Positions 34,377 through 44,194 of a DNA stretch of 64,000 nucleotides are shown piece by piece; position 1 is the stretch's first letter, and every line of letters begins with the position of its first letter. A model generated the notes under the pieces. It was not told the origin of the DNA, ran no database searches, and saw only the letters and a list, made by a program, of their open reading frames with translations. Origin of the DNA: an uncultured Comamonadaceae bacterium (GTDB taxonomy: Bacteria; Bacteroidota; Bacteroidia; Flavobacteriales_D; Sanyastnellaceae); contig CAZKRL010000003.1 of NCBI GenBank assembly GCA_964555295.1, positions 9,487 through 73,486 of the forward strand, in the 5' to 3' direction. The translations under genes and the position numbers were made by a program.

Positions 34377-35036
34377 TCAAATAATCGCGTAAATGCTCCT
34401 TGCCCAAACCAAAGAATCTCCATGAGGCAAATAATGAATATTGGAAATATCCCCGCCTCTGAGAACTTCCGCGGTGGGTTCACCCAGAACAAAAAAAACT
34501 GCTTGATGATGGATACTTGTGTCATCCATAATCACTCGCGCATTCTCGGGGCTGAGAACAACATATACGTCATGAGTTCCAATGATATCATGCGTTCTTA
34601 CGGACTCATAACATACCAAATCAATCACTTGAGAAGCAGGGAAAAATTTCTGTACTGTGCGTAAACTATTGTTGCCACATGGAAAGAGAATCTTGCTAGC
34701 CCCTGCCAATCTTGCAAAATCACGAGCCGTATTTTGAGTGTCGTAATCTGCCCCCGCAAAGCTCACGGGCGCATATTTAGAAAGTTCTTCGGCGGTAGCG
34801 CGACCTATTGCGGCATACGAATAATTTCCTACAGTGGCTTTCTCGAAAAAAAAACGTACCGCGTTTCTACTCGAAAAAAAAATCCATTCCGGGGAATCTG
34901 TTGGCCAAACGAAATTCAATGACTCATAGCGCAACAATGGCTTTGCCACAACCTCAAATCCCTGTTGATTGAGCAATTCAATAAATGGCAAAACCAACTC
35001 GCGCTTGCGCGTAATAAAAACGCTTTTCCTATGCAT
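34377..35036 (-). CDS. hemD: Uroporphyrinogen-III synthase
   Basis: I chose the ATG at 35036 (MHRKSVFITRKR...), which overlaps the hemC stop by 8 nt (ATGCATAG). It sits in the hemA-hemC-hemD order and is about 220 aa, typical of HemD. Confidence 0.75.
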   Translation of the reverse strand: MHRKSVFITRKRELVLPFIELLNQQGFEVVAKPLLRYESLNFVWPTDSPEWIFFSSRNAVRFFFEKATVGNYSYAAIGRATAEELSKYAPVSFAGADYDTQNTARDFARLAGASKILFPCGNNSLRTVQKFFPASQVIDLVCYESVRTHDIIGTHDVYVVLSPENARVIMDDTSIHHQAVFFVLGEPTAEVLRGGDISNIHYLPHGDSLVWARSIYAII

Positions 35037-35916
35037 GAATGCGCTGCATAATGAGGTCAGGCAGTGAGCCAACATGAGATGCTCTGCAAGTGAAGAAAGT
35101 TGATGACCCGCTGGGAGGCGCGTAAAAAACCCTGGCAACGTATTCGCCTTCAGTTCCATATACATACACCCCGAGCGGCAAATGACATCCGCCTCCCAAA
35201 AGCTGAAGAACCCTCCGTTCAGCGTCGGTGCAAATTTGAGTTTGCCGGTGATTCAATTGTGCCACCAAAGGAATCATTGCGTCATTCTCGCGCATTTGAA
35301 TGGCCAAGGCACCTTGAGCGGGCGCTGGAACAAATTCATCAAATGGCATTGTAACGGCTGATAGACCCGAGAGATCAGCATTTATACGTTTCACTCCGGC
35401 AAGAGCAATAACGATAGCATCCAAACCTGATCGCAGTTTATCTATTCGGGTAGGAACATTTCCTCTGAGATCTACCAATTCCAAATCAGGTCGGTAATAT
35501 CTCAACATGGCCTTTCGTCGTAGTGATGAAGTGCCAACGCGTGCGCCAGTTTTGACATGCATCAATCCCTGACCGCTCACAAGACTCTGCGTAGAGAGTA
35601 ATAAGTCATTGGCCTGCTCGCGCTCTGTGATGGCTGCAAGGAGAAGACCGTGCGGCTGAGCAGTAGCCAAATCTTTGTAAGAATGTACCGCGATATCAAT
35701 CTCATTGGTAAGCAATGCTTCCTCAATTTCCTTGGTAAAAAAACCCTTGCCCTCTAATTTGTCGAGACTCAAATGTTGCACCCTGTCACCTTGGGTTGAA
35801 ATCACTTTGATCTCTGTTTCGAGACCAGCATATTTCAATTGAGTAGAGACCCATCGGGCTTGCCAAAGGGCGAGTTCGCTGCCTCGTGAACCGATAATGT
35901 ATTTTCTATTTGTCAG
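35029..35916 (-). CDS. hemC: Hydroxymethylbilane synthase (porphobilinogen deaminase); start codon uncertain
   Basis: The conserved N-terminus YIIGSRGSELALWQA lies upstream of the listed TTG (35838), in an open frame with no ATG, GTG or TTG. The CTG at 35914-35916 is my best guess for the start. Confidence 0.8.
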   Translation of the reverse strand: MTNRKYIIGSRGSELALWQARWVSTQLKYAGLETEIKVISTQGDRVQHLSLDKLEGKGFFTKEIEEALLTNEIDIAVHSYKDLATAQPHGLLLAAITEREQANDLLLSTQSLVSGQGLMHVKTGARVGTSSLRRKAMLRYYRPDLELVDLRGNVPTRIDKLRSGLDAIVIALAGVKRINADLSGLSAVTMPFDEFVPAPAQGALAIQMRENDAMIPLVAQLNHRQTQICTDAERRVLQLLGGGCHLPLGVYVYGTEGEYVARVFYAPPSGSSTFFTCRASHVGSLPDLIMQRIHA

Positions 35917-35927
35917 AAGAGAGGGGG

Positions 35928-37169
35928 CTAATTGGCATCAATGTTAGTGAGCAAAACTTCCTTTGCCAACTTCATCGGAATAGATATATATTTTCTCTCC
36001 ATGTAATCCAGCATGCGCAACATCAGCTCACGAGACTCTTCATTCAGACTATTCATCTCTTTTGAGAAGATCTGTTCAACGGCCTGCTTACGAATTTCCT
36101 TGATAGATTCAGGTATAGCACTCATAGCAATCTCTACTTTCCTGACTTTCAAATTATCCTGTAATTCTCTCTCATGCGCTTCGATTATCGGAACACATTG
36201 TTCCATCATATCTCTGCGATGCTGCAGATTTTTTTCAGCCATTTCCTGAATTTCAGAAAGGCGTAGCAATCTCGTGCCGTATTGCTCTTCTATATGCTCG
36301 TCAATATCAGCGGGATTTGCAAGATCTACGAGAAGATCGGGAGCGATACCTTGCAGAACAAATTGATGAAAACGACTTTGAGTAAGAATGAGCTCAGTCG
36401 ATCCAGTGCATGAAATCAGCACGTGCATTTTATTGCGACATGACCAAAATTCTTCCAGCGCAAGGGCAATACCACCAAATTCCTGAGCCAGTGCACTCGC
36501 ACGCTCAGGGGTGCGATTAACGAATGTGAGGTTCGTGAATCCCGCTTCATGAAAGAACTTAACCAGTGATGCAATGACCTCACCCGCGCCGAGAAAAATA
36601 ATATTCTGATGCGCGTTGATTCCTTGCTGAATGAGTCTTTGCCAACATAGCGAACTGATGCTTACTGCGCCCGTGCCCAAGGGAGTTTGCGTGAATACTT
36701 CTTTAGCAGCGCGGATGGCATGAGACACTGCCATACGCAATAGATCTCCCGTAGAGCCGAGTTTGTTGTACTCTTCATATGCCTTTCGAACTTGCCCAGA
36801 AATTTCCCGCTCACCAATAATTTTTGAATCAAGACCGGATGTAAGAAGAAATAAATGCCGCAATGCGTCAGTTCCATTGAAAATTAGTGCGCTCTTGATA
36901 AGGCCATTCAGATCGTGGGCTGACATTTCGGGATATAGGGCTTCCAAAATGCGCGCAGTAAGCCCTGGACAAAGGAAATGTGACAGTGACGAAATGATTT
37001 CAACCCGGTTACAGGTAGCGAGTATCATACACTCCGTCATACCTGTTTTTCTCATTACATCGTATGTGCGGCGAGACTTCACCTCATCGGATAAATGCAG
37101 TTTACCAATTCCCTCAAGCGAGATATTGTGAAAAGAAAAGGATACGATTTTCAGATGATCAGTTACCAT
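35928..37169 (-). CDS. hemA: Glutamyl-tRNA reductase
   Basis: 413 aa with the catalytic TCNRVEI motif and the NADPH-binding motif FLGAGEV. Confidence 0.93.
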   Translation of the reverse strand: MVTDHLKIVSFSFHNISLEGIGKLHLSDEVKSRRTYDVMRKTGMTECMILATCNRVEIISSLSHFLCPGLTARILEALYPEMSAHDLNGLIKSALIFNGTDALRHLFLLTSGLDSKIIGEREISGQVRKAYEEYNKLGSTGDLLRMAVSHAIRAAKEVFTQTPLGTGAVSISSLCWQRLIQQGINAHQNIIFLGAGEVIASLVKFFHEAGFTNLTFVNRTPERASALAQEFGGIALALEEFWSCRNKMHVLISCTGSTELILTQSRFHQFVLQGIAPDLLVDLANPADIDEHIEEQYGTRLLRLSEIQEMAEKNLQHRRDMMEQCVPIIEAHERELQDNLKVRKVEIAMSAIPESIKEIRKQAVEQIFSKEMNSLNEESRELMLRMLDYMERKYISIPMKLAKEVLLTNIDAN

Positions 37170-37222
37170 ATCGGTGCGAGCAAAAATGCCCAGTTTTCTG
37201 ACTTCACAATGTCATGACTACG

Positions 37223-37909
37223 TCACAGACTCGGACGAGGTCGAAACTTTTTCTTCTTATTCTTGAATTTATGTTTGCCCTTGTTCTTGCCATAGCGTTC
37301 GGTTTCGTATTCCTTGAACCCTCCGGCGGTGAGGGGCTTCACAATCTGTAGCTGGGTCATTTCATCGAGACGAAGTTTTCCGGCCGACATAGAATGTAAA
37401 TCTTTTCGGATGATATCATCATGCACCACATTGCGGTTCCAGTTGGTTGCATTGTACTTCATCAGATTAGCGATACTCAACATAAAATCGTTGCGCTCCT
37501 GACCTTCTTCCATTGCAGAACATTTATCAATCATCGACTGAACATAGTAACCATAATGTCCGAAACGAATGGAGTTCTGAGGATAACGCAGCCGTTCTGG
37601 TTTACTCGCGAGATGCTCACGATCTGGATTGGGATATGGGCTATCAACATCCAATCTAAAACCCGACATAATGTGAAGATGATCCCAAAGCTTGTGATTG
37701 AAATCTTCAATATCTCTGAGGTGAGGGAAGAGCTGACCCATCACACTGATGATGGCACGAACGCATTTGTTCCGCTCTTCACGATCTGAGAGGGTTATAG
37801 CATACTCTACCATGTGCTGGATATTCCTGCCGTACTCGGGAATCACAAGATGCGGTCGATTGCTGTTGTATGGCTGAAAATCGAGTTGATTATTGATAGT
37901 CTCTTTCAT
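37223..37909 (-). CDS. DUF4290-family protein
   Basis: 228 aa. It has PEYGRNIQHMVEY and a Lys-rich tail, and resembles the conserved Bacteroidota DUF4290 family. Confidence 0.65.
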   Translation of the reverse strand: MKETINNQLDFQPYNSNRPHLVIPEYGRNIQHMVEYAITLSDREERNKCVRAIISVMGQLFPHLRDIEDFNHKLWDHLHIMSGFRLDVDSPYPNPDREHLASKPERLRYPQNSIRFGHYGYYVQSMIDKCSAMEEGQERNDFMLSIANLMKYNATNWNRNVVHDDIIRKDLHSMSAGKLRLDEMTQLQIVKPLTAGGFKEYETERYGKNKGKHKFKNKKKKFRPRPSL

Positions 37910-38105
37910 AACGGGTCGGCTAAAATAGAGTGTGACATTTCAAACTGAAAATCAAAGTTCACAGCAACGAAATGACAACCCGTTTTTACTAACAACGTTG
38001 GGTTGAGTTTTTTGCGAATTTCATGTTCACCTCTTCGCATCATATCATTTTCTTCGTGAGGCTTCAATAGATATAAACCAAGCATAATTAACGAATACTG
38101 AACAT

Positions 38106-39767
38106 ATGGAGAAAGCACTGAACTTTGATTTACCCGCAAATACCTCGTCCATCATCAAGGTGATTGGGGTCGGAGGCGGGGGCAGCAATGCCGTAAACTA
38201 CATGTATAACCAAGGCATTAAGGGTGTAGATTTCATCATCTGCAACACGGATGCTCAGGCGCTGGATCAAAGTCCGGTTCCAATCAAAGTTCAACTGGGC
38301 AAAACGCTTACAGAAGGTCGGGGTGCTGGTGCAATGCCTGAAGTGGGAAGAAATGCCGCCATTGAAAGCCTTGAGGATATGAGGGCGATTCTTGCCGATT
38401 CAACCACCATGGTTTTCATTACGGCTGGAATGGGCGGAGGCACGGGAACAGGCGCGGCCCCGGTGATTGCCAAGCTCGCAAAAGAAATGGGAATCCTTAC
38501 CGTTGGCATCGTGACCCAACCTTTTGTATTCGAAGGAAGAAAGCGTACACAGCAGGCCGATTCAGGGCTTCAAGAATTGAAAGAGAGTGTAGACACTCTG
38601 CTCATCATCGAAAATGACAAACTCAGATCGCTCTATGGCAACTTAAAACTCAACGAGGCTTTTGGCCATGCCGATGAAGTTCTTTGCACCGCAGCCAAGG
38701 GCATTGCAGAAGTAATCACACTTGCGGGCACAGTGAACGTTGATATGAACGACGTTAAGACTGTAATGAAGGACAGCGGCAGAGCGATAATGGGTTCAGG
38801 CAAAGCCAGCGGTGAAGGCCGGGCAATGAAAGCGGTTCAAGACGCACTTGAGTCGCCGCTCTTGAACAACGCAGACATCAACGGTGCTCGATTCATTCTG
38901 TTGAATATTACGTTTGGTACAGATGAGTTATTGATGGATGAGGTGAGTGAAATTACCGATTACATTCAACTTCAGGCAGGCAATACCGCAGAGGTGATCT
39001 GGGGATATGGAAATGACCACACACTCGGAGAGGAAATCTGTATTACCGTTATTGCAACTGGATTCTCTGAGAATACAATCCGAAAGGAAATCGCAGCGCT
39101 TCAACCCGAGAAAGTTTGGTTGAATACTGAAGCCCGCGAAATCACAAATAAGGTAGAGAAGCCTGTAAATGATGAAGTGCTGAACGCACAAGTTGAGGTG
39201 GCTGAGGAGAAGGCCTTTGAAATTCAAGAGGTTCAGGAAGAGATTGTTTTTACGGTTCGCCCTGTCATCGAGGAATTGACACATAACGATTCCGAGGTGA
39301 AAATAGAGACTACTTCTGAAGCGCTAATCTCACAAGAGGAGACAGATGTATTGTCCATCCAAGAAATGCCTGACCATATCACTGCCCAAGTTGAAAATGT
39401 AGAGGAAATTTCAAATGTTATGCAAGAAGTGGTTGCTGCGCAACAAACAAATGCGCCCATCACCGCTTCCCTGGAACATAAGACAGAATCAACTACAAAT
39501 CGTCCTAACAGAGATGAATTGGTCATGCGCAACAAGGAGCGCGAAATGAAAATCAGAGAGTTTACCATGAGAGTTAAAACCCCAAATGGTCTTCATGAAC
39601 TCGAGAGCGAGCCTGCATATTTCAGAAAGAAAGTTTCTCTCGACGGTCCAACGCCAAGCCATGAGAGTAGTGTGGCCAGATTTTCGCTTCAGGAATCTTT
39701 AGATGAAAATGGCAGAAAAAAAATTGAATTGAAAGACAATCCATTTCTTCACGACAACGTAGACTGA
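38106..39767 (+). CDS. ftsZ: Cell division GTPase FtsZ with a long acidic linker
   Basis: 553 aa with the tubulin signature GGGTGTGAAP, NTDAQAL and a conserved C-terminal peptide region. Confidence 0.96.
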   Translation: MEKALNFDLPANTSSIIKVIGVGGGGSNAVNYMYNQGIKGVDFIICNTDAQALDQSPVPIKVQLGKTLTEGRGAGAMPEVGRNAAIESLEDMRAILADSTTMVFITAGMGGGTGTGAAPVIAKLAKEMGILTVGIVTQPFVFEGRKRTQQADSGLQELKESVDTLLIIENDKLRSLYGNLKLNEAFGHADEVLCTAAKGIAEVITLAGTVNVDMNDVKTVMKDSGRAIMGSGKASGEGRAMKAVQDALESPLLNNADINGARFILLNITFGTDELLMDEVSEITDYIQLQAGNTAEVIWGYGNDHTLGEEICITVIATGFSENTIRKEIAALQPEKVWLNTEAREITNKVEKPVNDEVLNAQVEVAEEKAFEIQEVQEEIVFTVRPVIEELTHNDSEVKIETTSEALISQEETDVLSIQEMPDHITAQVENVEEISNVMQEVVAAQQTNAPITASLEHKTESTTNRPNRDELVMRNKEREMKIREFTMRVKTPNGLHELESEPAYFRKKVSLDGPTPSHESSVARFSLQESLDENGRKKIELKDNPFLHDNVD

Positions 39768-39789
39768 CTTAAACTGAAAAGAAAGAAAG

Positions 39790-39821
39790 GGGATGACTCT
39801 AATCGAGTTATCCCTTTTTTT
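39790..39821 (+). terminator. Rho-independent terminator of ftsZ
   Basis: A 10-bp stem, GGGATGACTC/GAGTTATCCC (one G-U pair, 5-nt loop), is followed by T7. Confidence 0.65.
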
Positions 39822-39860
39822 ATTACAAAGATTTTTCATCTCTAATTTCACCGACGAAAT

Positions 39861-40643
39861 ATGGAAGCGTATTTAGAAATATTCTACAACCTATCAGGTA
39901 TCATAAGTTTGATGACATTGATAATACTCGAAATCGTTTTGGGTATTGACAATATCATATTCATAGCCATTATATGCAGCTATATCCCGAATAAGAATCA
40001 ACGTAAACAAGCGAGATTCATTGGTTTGCTGCTGGCATTGGTCGTTAGGATCATACTACTATCGACTATTTCGTTTATAACTAAAATGACTCATCCGTTC
40101 TTCTACCTCGGAAATATTCCACTCACCGGCCGAGGGCTTATTCTATTTGCAGGTGGAACTTTCCTCATTATCAAAACGATCGGAGAAATTTATCACAAGT
40201 TTAAAATATCCGATCAAGAGGAAACGGCAAAATCCCGACAATTGAGCTGGACGAAGGCAATAATACAAATCACGCTTATCGATATTGTCTTCTCATTTGA
40301 CTCCATCATTACCGCGGTTGGCGTGACATCTGACCATCCCAATCCATCCGTGGCACTTGCTACAATGATAATGGCTGTAGTTATTTCAATGATAGCAATG
40401 TTACTCTTCGCGCCTTATGTAAGTGACTTCATAGAGAAATTCCCGACCATTAAAATGCTGGCCCTTGCATTTCTAGTGGTAATTGGACTAATCTTAACCA
40501 TCGAGGCACTGGAAGATGCTTCCATATTAACCTTACCGCATGGTGTAAATATTAAGACCTATGCATATGTAGCCTTACTTTTCTCAGGCATTGTTGAATT
40601 TCTGAATGTACGATTAAGACATGTCAAGGGGACTAAAGATTAG
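39861..40643 (+). CDS. TerC-family integral membrane protein
   Basis: 260 aa, multi-TM, with the LEIVLGIDNIIFIAI and SFDSIITAVG motif pair typical of TerC/YjbE-like proteins. Confidence 0.8.
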   Translation: MEAYLEIFYNLSGIISLMTLIILEIVLGIDNIIFIAIICSYIPNKNQRKQARFIGLLLALVVRIILLSTISFITKMTHPFFYLGNIPLTGRGLILFAGGTFLIIKTIGEIYHKFKISDQEETAKSRQLSWTKAIIQITLIDIVFSFDSIITAVGVTSDHPNPSVALATMIMAVVISMIAMLLFAPYVSDFIEKFPTIKMLALAFLVVIGLILTIEALEDASILTLPHGVNIKTYAYVALLFSGIVEFLNVRLRHVKGTKD

Positions 40644-40693
40644 ACCCGTTTTCCTCCAAGAGTTGAGCAACAAAACTGAGTAACGATTTCAAA

Positions 40694-41110
40694 TTATGTA
40701 TGATGCATTGGATGGTACACCGGACCATGATATTCCTCGTTGTAGTCTAGGGCTAAATTCACTACATAAAGAATATTCAAAGCGCAACTCAGGAAAACAT
40801 CCACCTTCGAGTTCTTGCCGAATGCACTTGCGAGCTCAATACATAACAAAAAGTAGAAATAGACATTAAAAAAGGGCAACAAAAAATAGGCAGCATGCGA
40901 CCGAGGTCTTCCAACAATATCTAAAACCACAAGTACATTCCAAACAGGAACAAAAGCAGCCAACCAAGGTTTTCCGGTCTTGTGAAAAAGGCGTGCCGCA
41001 CTCATAGAGCCAATCAAAATAATAAGAAAGAGAGCAAGAAAATAACCAGCGTTTTCACCTGATAATAAGGCATTGATAAATAAGGTATTCATTTGGTTTT
41101 TTAGAGTCAA
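40694..41110 (-). CDS. Small multi-TM membrane protein (DUF5684-like)
   Basis: 138 aa. It has GKPWLAAFVPVWNVLVVLDIVGRP, which resembles the DUF5684 signature. Confidence 0.5.
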   Translation of the reverse strand: MTLKNQMNTLFINALLSGENAGYFLALFLIILIGSMSAARLFHKTGKPWLAAFVPVWNVLVVLDIVGRPRSHAAYFLLPFFNVYFYFLLCIELASAFGKNSKVDVFLSCALNILYVVNLALDYNEEYHGPVYHPMHHT

Positions 41111-41173
41111 TAGTGAAACTCTAAAATATCGACGTCAGTCTTAACCCTTGGTTGCCAAACGCAACAGCATAAA

Positions 41174-41686
41174 TTATTTGTAAATCGGGCCCACCTCCAT
41201 AGAATTGCTCACCTGTAGATCCCTGTCCATAATGCTCACAATAAATTTAACAGTATCAAATTCACTTTCGATTTTCCATGAGGTCAGTGAGATTTCAATC
41301 ACACCTTGTTGCGACTGATCCTGACCTGTAGGCTTTGCCCAGGGGATTTTATAGTAGAAAGGCACATCAGGATCTGGCACTGGATCGTCACACGGATCAA
41401 TTTCTACATGTACCCATTTCCCTCCCTGTAATTCATAATACTCTGCGAATAAATTATAGGCGTTAATGCATCGGCGGAAGATGCCAATAGTGTCGGATTG
41501 TTCCAACCCAAAATTCCCATCACCATCGGTAAATTCCACGTACATTTTAGCATCATTTCCAGTCTCTGTAAATCTGACTTCAATAATTGCAGGTGCATTC
41601 GGTAACACTTCGTGCTTAATACAGCCGGTAAATAAAAACCATGACAGAATCCAACCGAACAGATTCATTATACTTACTTTTCCCAT
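41174..41686 (-). CDS. Hypothetical lipoprotein
   Basis: I chose the start at 41686, which gives MGKVSIMNLFGWILSWFLFTGC (positive n-region plus lipobox). I do not recognise a family. Confidence 0.45.
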   Translation of the reverse strand: MGKVSIMNLFGWILSWFLFTGCIKHEVLPNAPAIIEVRFTETGNDAKMYVEFTDGDGNFGLEQSDTIGIFRRCINAYNLFAEYYELQGGKWVHVEIDPCDDPVPDPDVPFYYKIPWAKPTGQDQSQQGVIEISLTSWKIESEFDTVKFIVSIMDRDLQVSNSMEVGPIYK

Positions 41687-41702
41687 GCGATATAACGCAC
41701 TA

Positions 41703-42704
41703 ATGAGAGAAGAACTCCGTACACGAATTTTCAACGTTGCTAATGATGACGACTTCAACAATCTTGTTCTAGAGATTTTTCAATTTCAATTCAAACACAA
41801 CCTCACATACCAAAAGTACTGTCAAATTTTGCTTCACAACAAGAATGTCATTCAACCACAAAGAATTCAAGACATTCCCTTCCTCCCTGTTTCTCTATTT
41901 AAAAAGCATCATCTGCAAAGTGGCAATTGGACACCAGAAGAAACTTTCCAAAGTAGCTCAACAGGAGGCGAACCTAGCCTTCATCTGGTAAAAGAACTAC
42001 AACTTTATAAAGAGTCATTTTCGAAATGTTTTAATACTTTCTATCATCATCCCAACGAATACGCAATTCTCGGACTAATGCCCTCCTACCTTGAACGAGA
42101 AGGATCATCCCTCATAACAATGTTAACGAACCTCATCCATGAATCGTCTTGCGCCGATAGTGGTTTTTTTCTTTACAATCATGAGCAACTCGCTGAAACA
42201 CTGATCAAAAGGGAAGTCCTTAATCTACGTTCGATACTATTTGGAGTAACCTTCGCCCTGATCGACTTTGCCAATCGCTTCAAACTGAATCTTCCCAATA
42301 CCACTATTATCGAAACCGGCGGAATGAAAGGCCGAGGAAAAGAACTGATACGCGAGGAGTTGCATACATTACTTAAAAACAAACTTGGTGTAAAAGAGGT
42401 ACACAGCGAATATGGCATGACAGAGTTACTTTCTCAAGCTTACATGACGCAAACATCACGGTTCGAGTGTCCACATTGGCTACGCCCGTATGTTCGCGAT
42501 CAACATGATCCCATGTGTATTAATACTCAAGGCAAAGGATTGCTTAATTTTATTGACTTAGCCAATTTAGATTCGTGCTCCTTTCTTGCCACAGATGATA
42601 TCGGTGAAGTATTTGGAAACCACGAATTCTCCGTTTTTGGCAGAGCTGATTTCACTGAACTAAGGGGTTGTAATCTTATGGTCGCCAATTTTTTCAGTAA
42701 CTGA
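41703..42704 (+). CDS. LuxE/PaaK-like acyl-protein synthetase/acyltransferase
   Basis: I chose the ATG at 41703 (MREELRTRIFNV...), giving about 333 aa. It resembles the stand-alone LuxE-like proteins of Flavobacteriia. The N-terminal 79 codons of the track ORF overlap the divergent lipoprotein gene. Confidence 0.6.
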   Translation: MREELRTRIFNVANDDDFNNLVLEIFQFQFKHNLTYQKYCQILLHNKNVIQPQRIQDIPFLPVSLFKKHHLQSGNWTPEETFQSSSTGGEPSLHLVKELQLYKESFSKCFNTFYHHPNEYAILGLMPSYLEREGSSLITMLTNLIHESSCADSGFFLYNHEQLAETLIKREVLNLRSILFGVTFALIDFANRFKLNLPNTTIIETGGMKGRGKELIREELHTLLKNKLGVKEVHSEYGMTELLSQAYMTQTSRFECPHWLRPYVRDQHDPMCINTQGKGLLNFIDLANLDSCSFLATDDIGEVFGNHEFSVFGRADFTELRGCNLMVANFFSN

Positions 42705-42780
42705 GCAACCAATTCATCATTCAAACGTCTTTAAAACGACTTTGGTAGTGTAAACTACCATTCATGATTTCCTAAACAAA

Positions 42781-42810
42781 TAAACCGGGTGCGGATCCGG
42801 TTTATTTTTT
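42781..42810. terminator. Bidirectional terminator between convergent luxE-like gene and tyrS
   Basis: Stem TAAACCGG...CCGGTTTA with a T-run on the plus strand and a T-rich flank on the minus strand. Confidence 0.55.
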
Positions 42811-42888
42811 GCCATCAATCAAATGTCTTGGAGAAAAAATCAATCCAATTTTATCGGCGATTGACCATAGCCAAAAAAGACAGCATTG

Positions 42889-44169
42889 CTAATGGATTGT
42901 TAGAATGTAATATGATTTCTTTCCTCGTTGCAGAAGGATTCTCCCACAGGCCAACACATCCGATTCAAAACATACTTTATCGGCATCCGTCTTTACTTTA
43001 TTCACGGAGATACTACCCTCCTGAATAGCCCGGCGCGCCTCACTATTGGATGACAAGAAACCTGACTTGACCAATAATTCAGTAATTGTCATGCCTTGAA
43101 GCAGCTCTGTGCGAGCCATCACGCCGCTAGGAACACCCTCAAATATTTCGTCAAATGCTTCTGCGCTCAGTTCATTCATCACTTCAGAAGAAGTTTTACC
43201 AAAGAGTATTTCGGAGGCTTCAAGAGACTGCCTGAAATCAGCTTCCGAATGCACCATAGTGGTGATCTCCTTTGCTAATTCCCGTTGAAGGTTTCGCTTT
43301 CCAGGATTCGCCTGATGGTCATTAATAATCAATTCCAATTCTTCCCTTGAGCGCAGCGAGAAAATGCGGATATAGTTGATCGCATCGAGGTCCGCTGCGT
43401 TCAACCAAAACTGGTAGAACTTATATGGAGAGGTCTTTTTAGGATCGAGCCAAACATTTCCTGATTCAGTTTTACCGAATTTCGTGCCGTCTGATTTTTT
43501 TATCAAGGGCGTGGTTAATGCAAAAGCCTCGCCAGCTCCCTTTCTGCGAATCAATTCTGTTCCCGCAACAATATTGCCCCATTGATCACTACCGCCCATT
43601 TGCAATGAAATCCCATGATTCTTCCACAGATAATAAAAATCATAACCTTGGACCAACTGATATGAGAACTCTGTAAATGACATACCGGTTTCCAATCTTT
43701 GTTTCACAGAATCTTTAGCCAACATGTAATTCACCGTTAAGTGCTTACCTACATCGCGAATAAACTCCAAAAAGCCAATCCCCTTAAACCAGTCATAATT
43801 ATTAAATAATTGCGCACTTTTTTCGCCCTTACCAAAGTCCAGAAATTTCTCCAACTGCATTCGCTGACACAACTGATTGTGGCGCAGGATTTCTTCGTCA
43901 AGTAAATTTCTTTCCTGTGATTTTCCACTTGGATCACCCACCATACCCGTCGCTCCACCCATCAATGCAACCGGAATATGACCAGCCCGCTGAAAGTGAA
44001 GCAGCGTCATTATTTGAACCAGATTGCCCACACCCAATGAATCAGCAGTTGGGTCAAACCCAATGTAACCCTTAACAACTTGCCTTTTTAATAACTCCTT
44101 GGTGCCAGGCATTATATCCTGAAGCATGCCACGCCAAATCAACTCTTCTACAAAATCAGAATTATGCAT
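42889..44169 (-). CDS. tyrS: Tyrosyl-tRNA synthetase
   Basis: 426 aa with a HIGH-region variant (GFDPTADSLGVGNL), KFGKT (KMSKS) and a C-terminal S4 domain. Confidence 0.95.
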   Translation of the reverse strand: MHNSDFVEELIWRGMLQDIMPGTKELLKRQVVKGYIGFDPTADSLGVGNLVQIMTLLHFQRAGHIPVALMGGATGMVGDPSGKSQERNLLDEEILRHNQLCQRMQLEKFLDFGKGEKSAQLFNNYDWFKGIGFLEFIRDVGKHLTVNYMLAKDSVKQRLETGMSFTEFSYQLVQGYDFYYLWKNHGISLQMGGSDQWGNIVAGTELIRRKGAGEAFALTTPLIKKSDGTKFGKTESGNVWLDPKKTSPYKFYQFWLNAADLDAINYIRIFSLRSREELELIINDHQANPGKRNLQRELAKEITTMVHSEADFRQSLEASEILFGKTSSEVMNELSAEAFDEIFEGVPSGVMARTELLQGMTITELLVKSGFLSSNSEARRAIQEGSISVNKVKTDADKVCFESDVLACGRILLQRGKKSYYILTIH

Positions 44170-44194
44170 AGCGCGAAATTAAAACCAATTCTAC

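Noticed and set aside
34268-34525. An 85-aa ORF bridging the hemD 3' end and the ATPase fragment start
   Set aside because: It overlaps the hemD coding region in another frame and covers the terminator hairpin at 34283-34311. It has no motif support.
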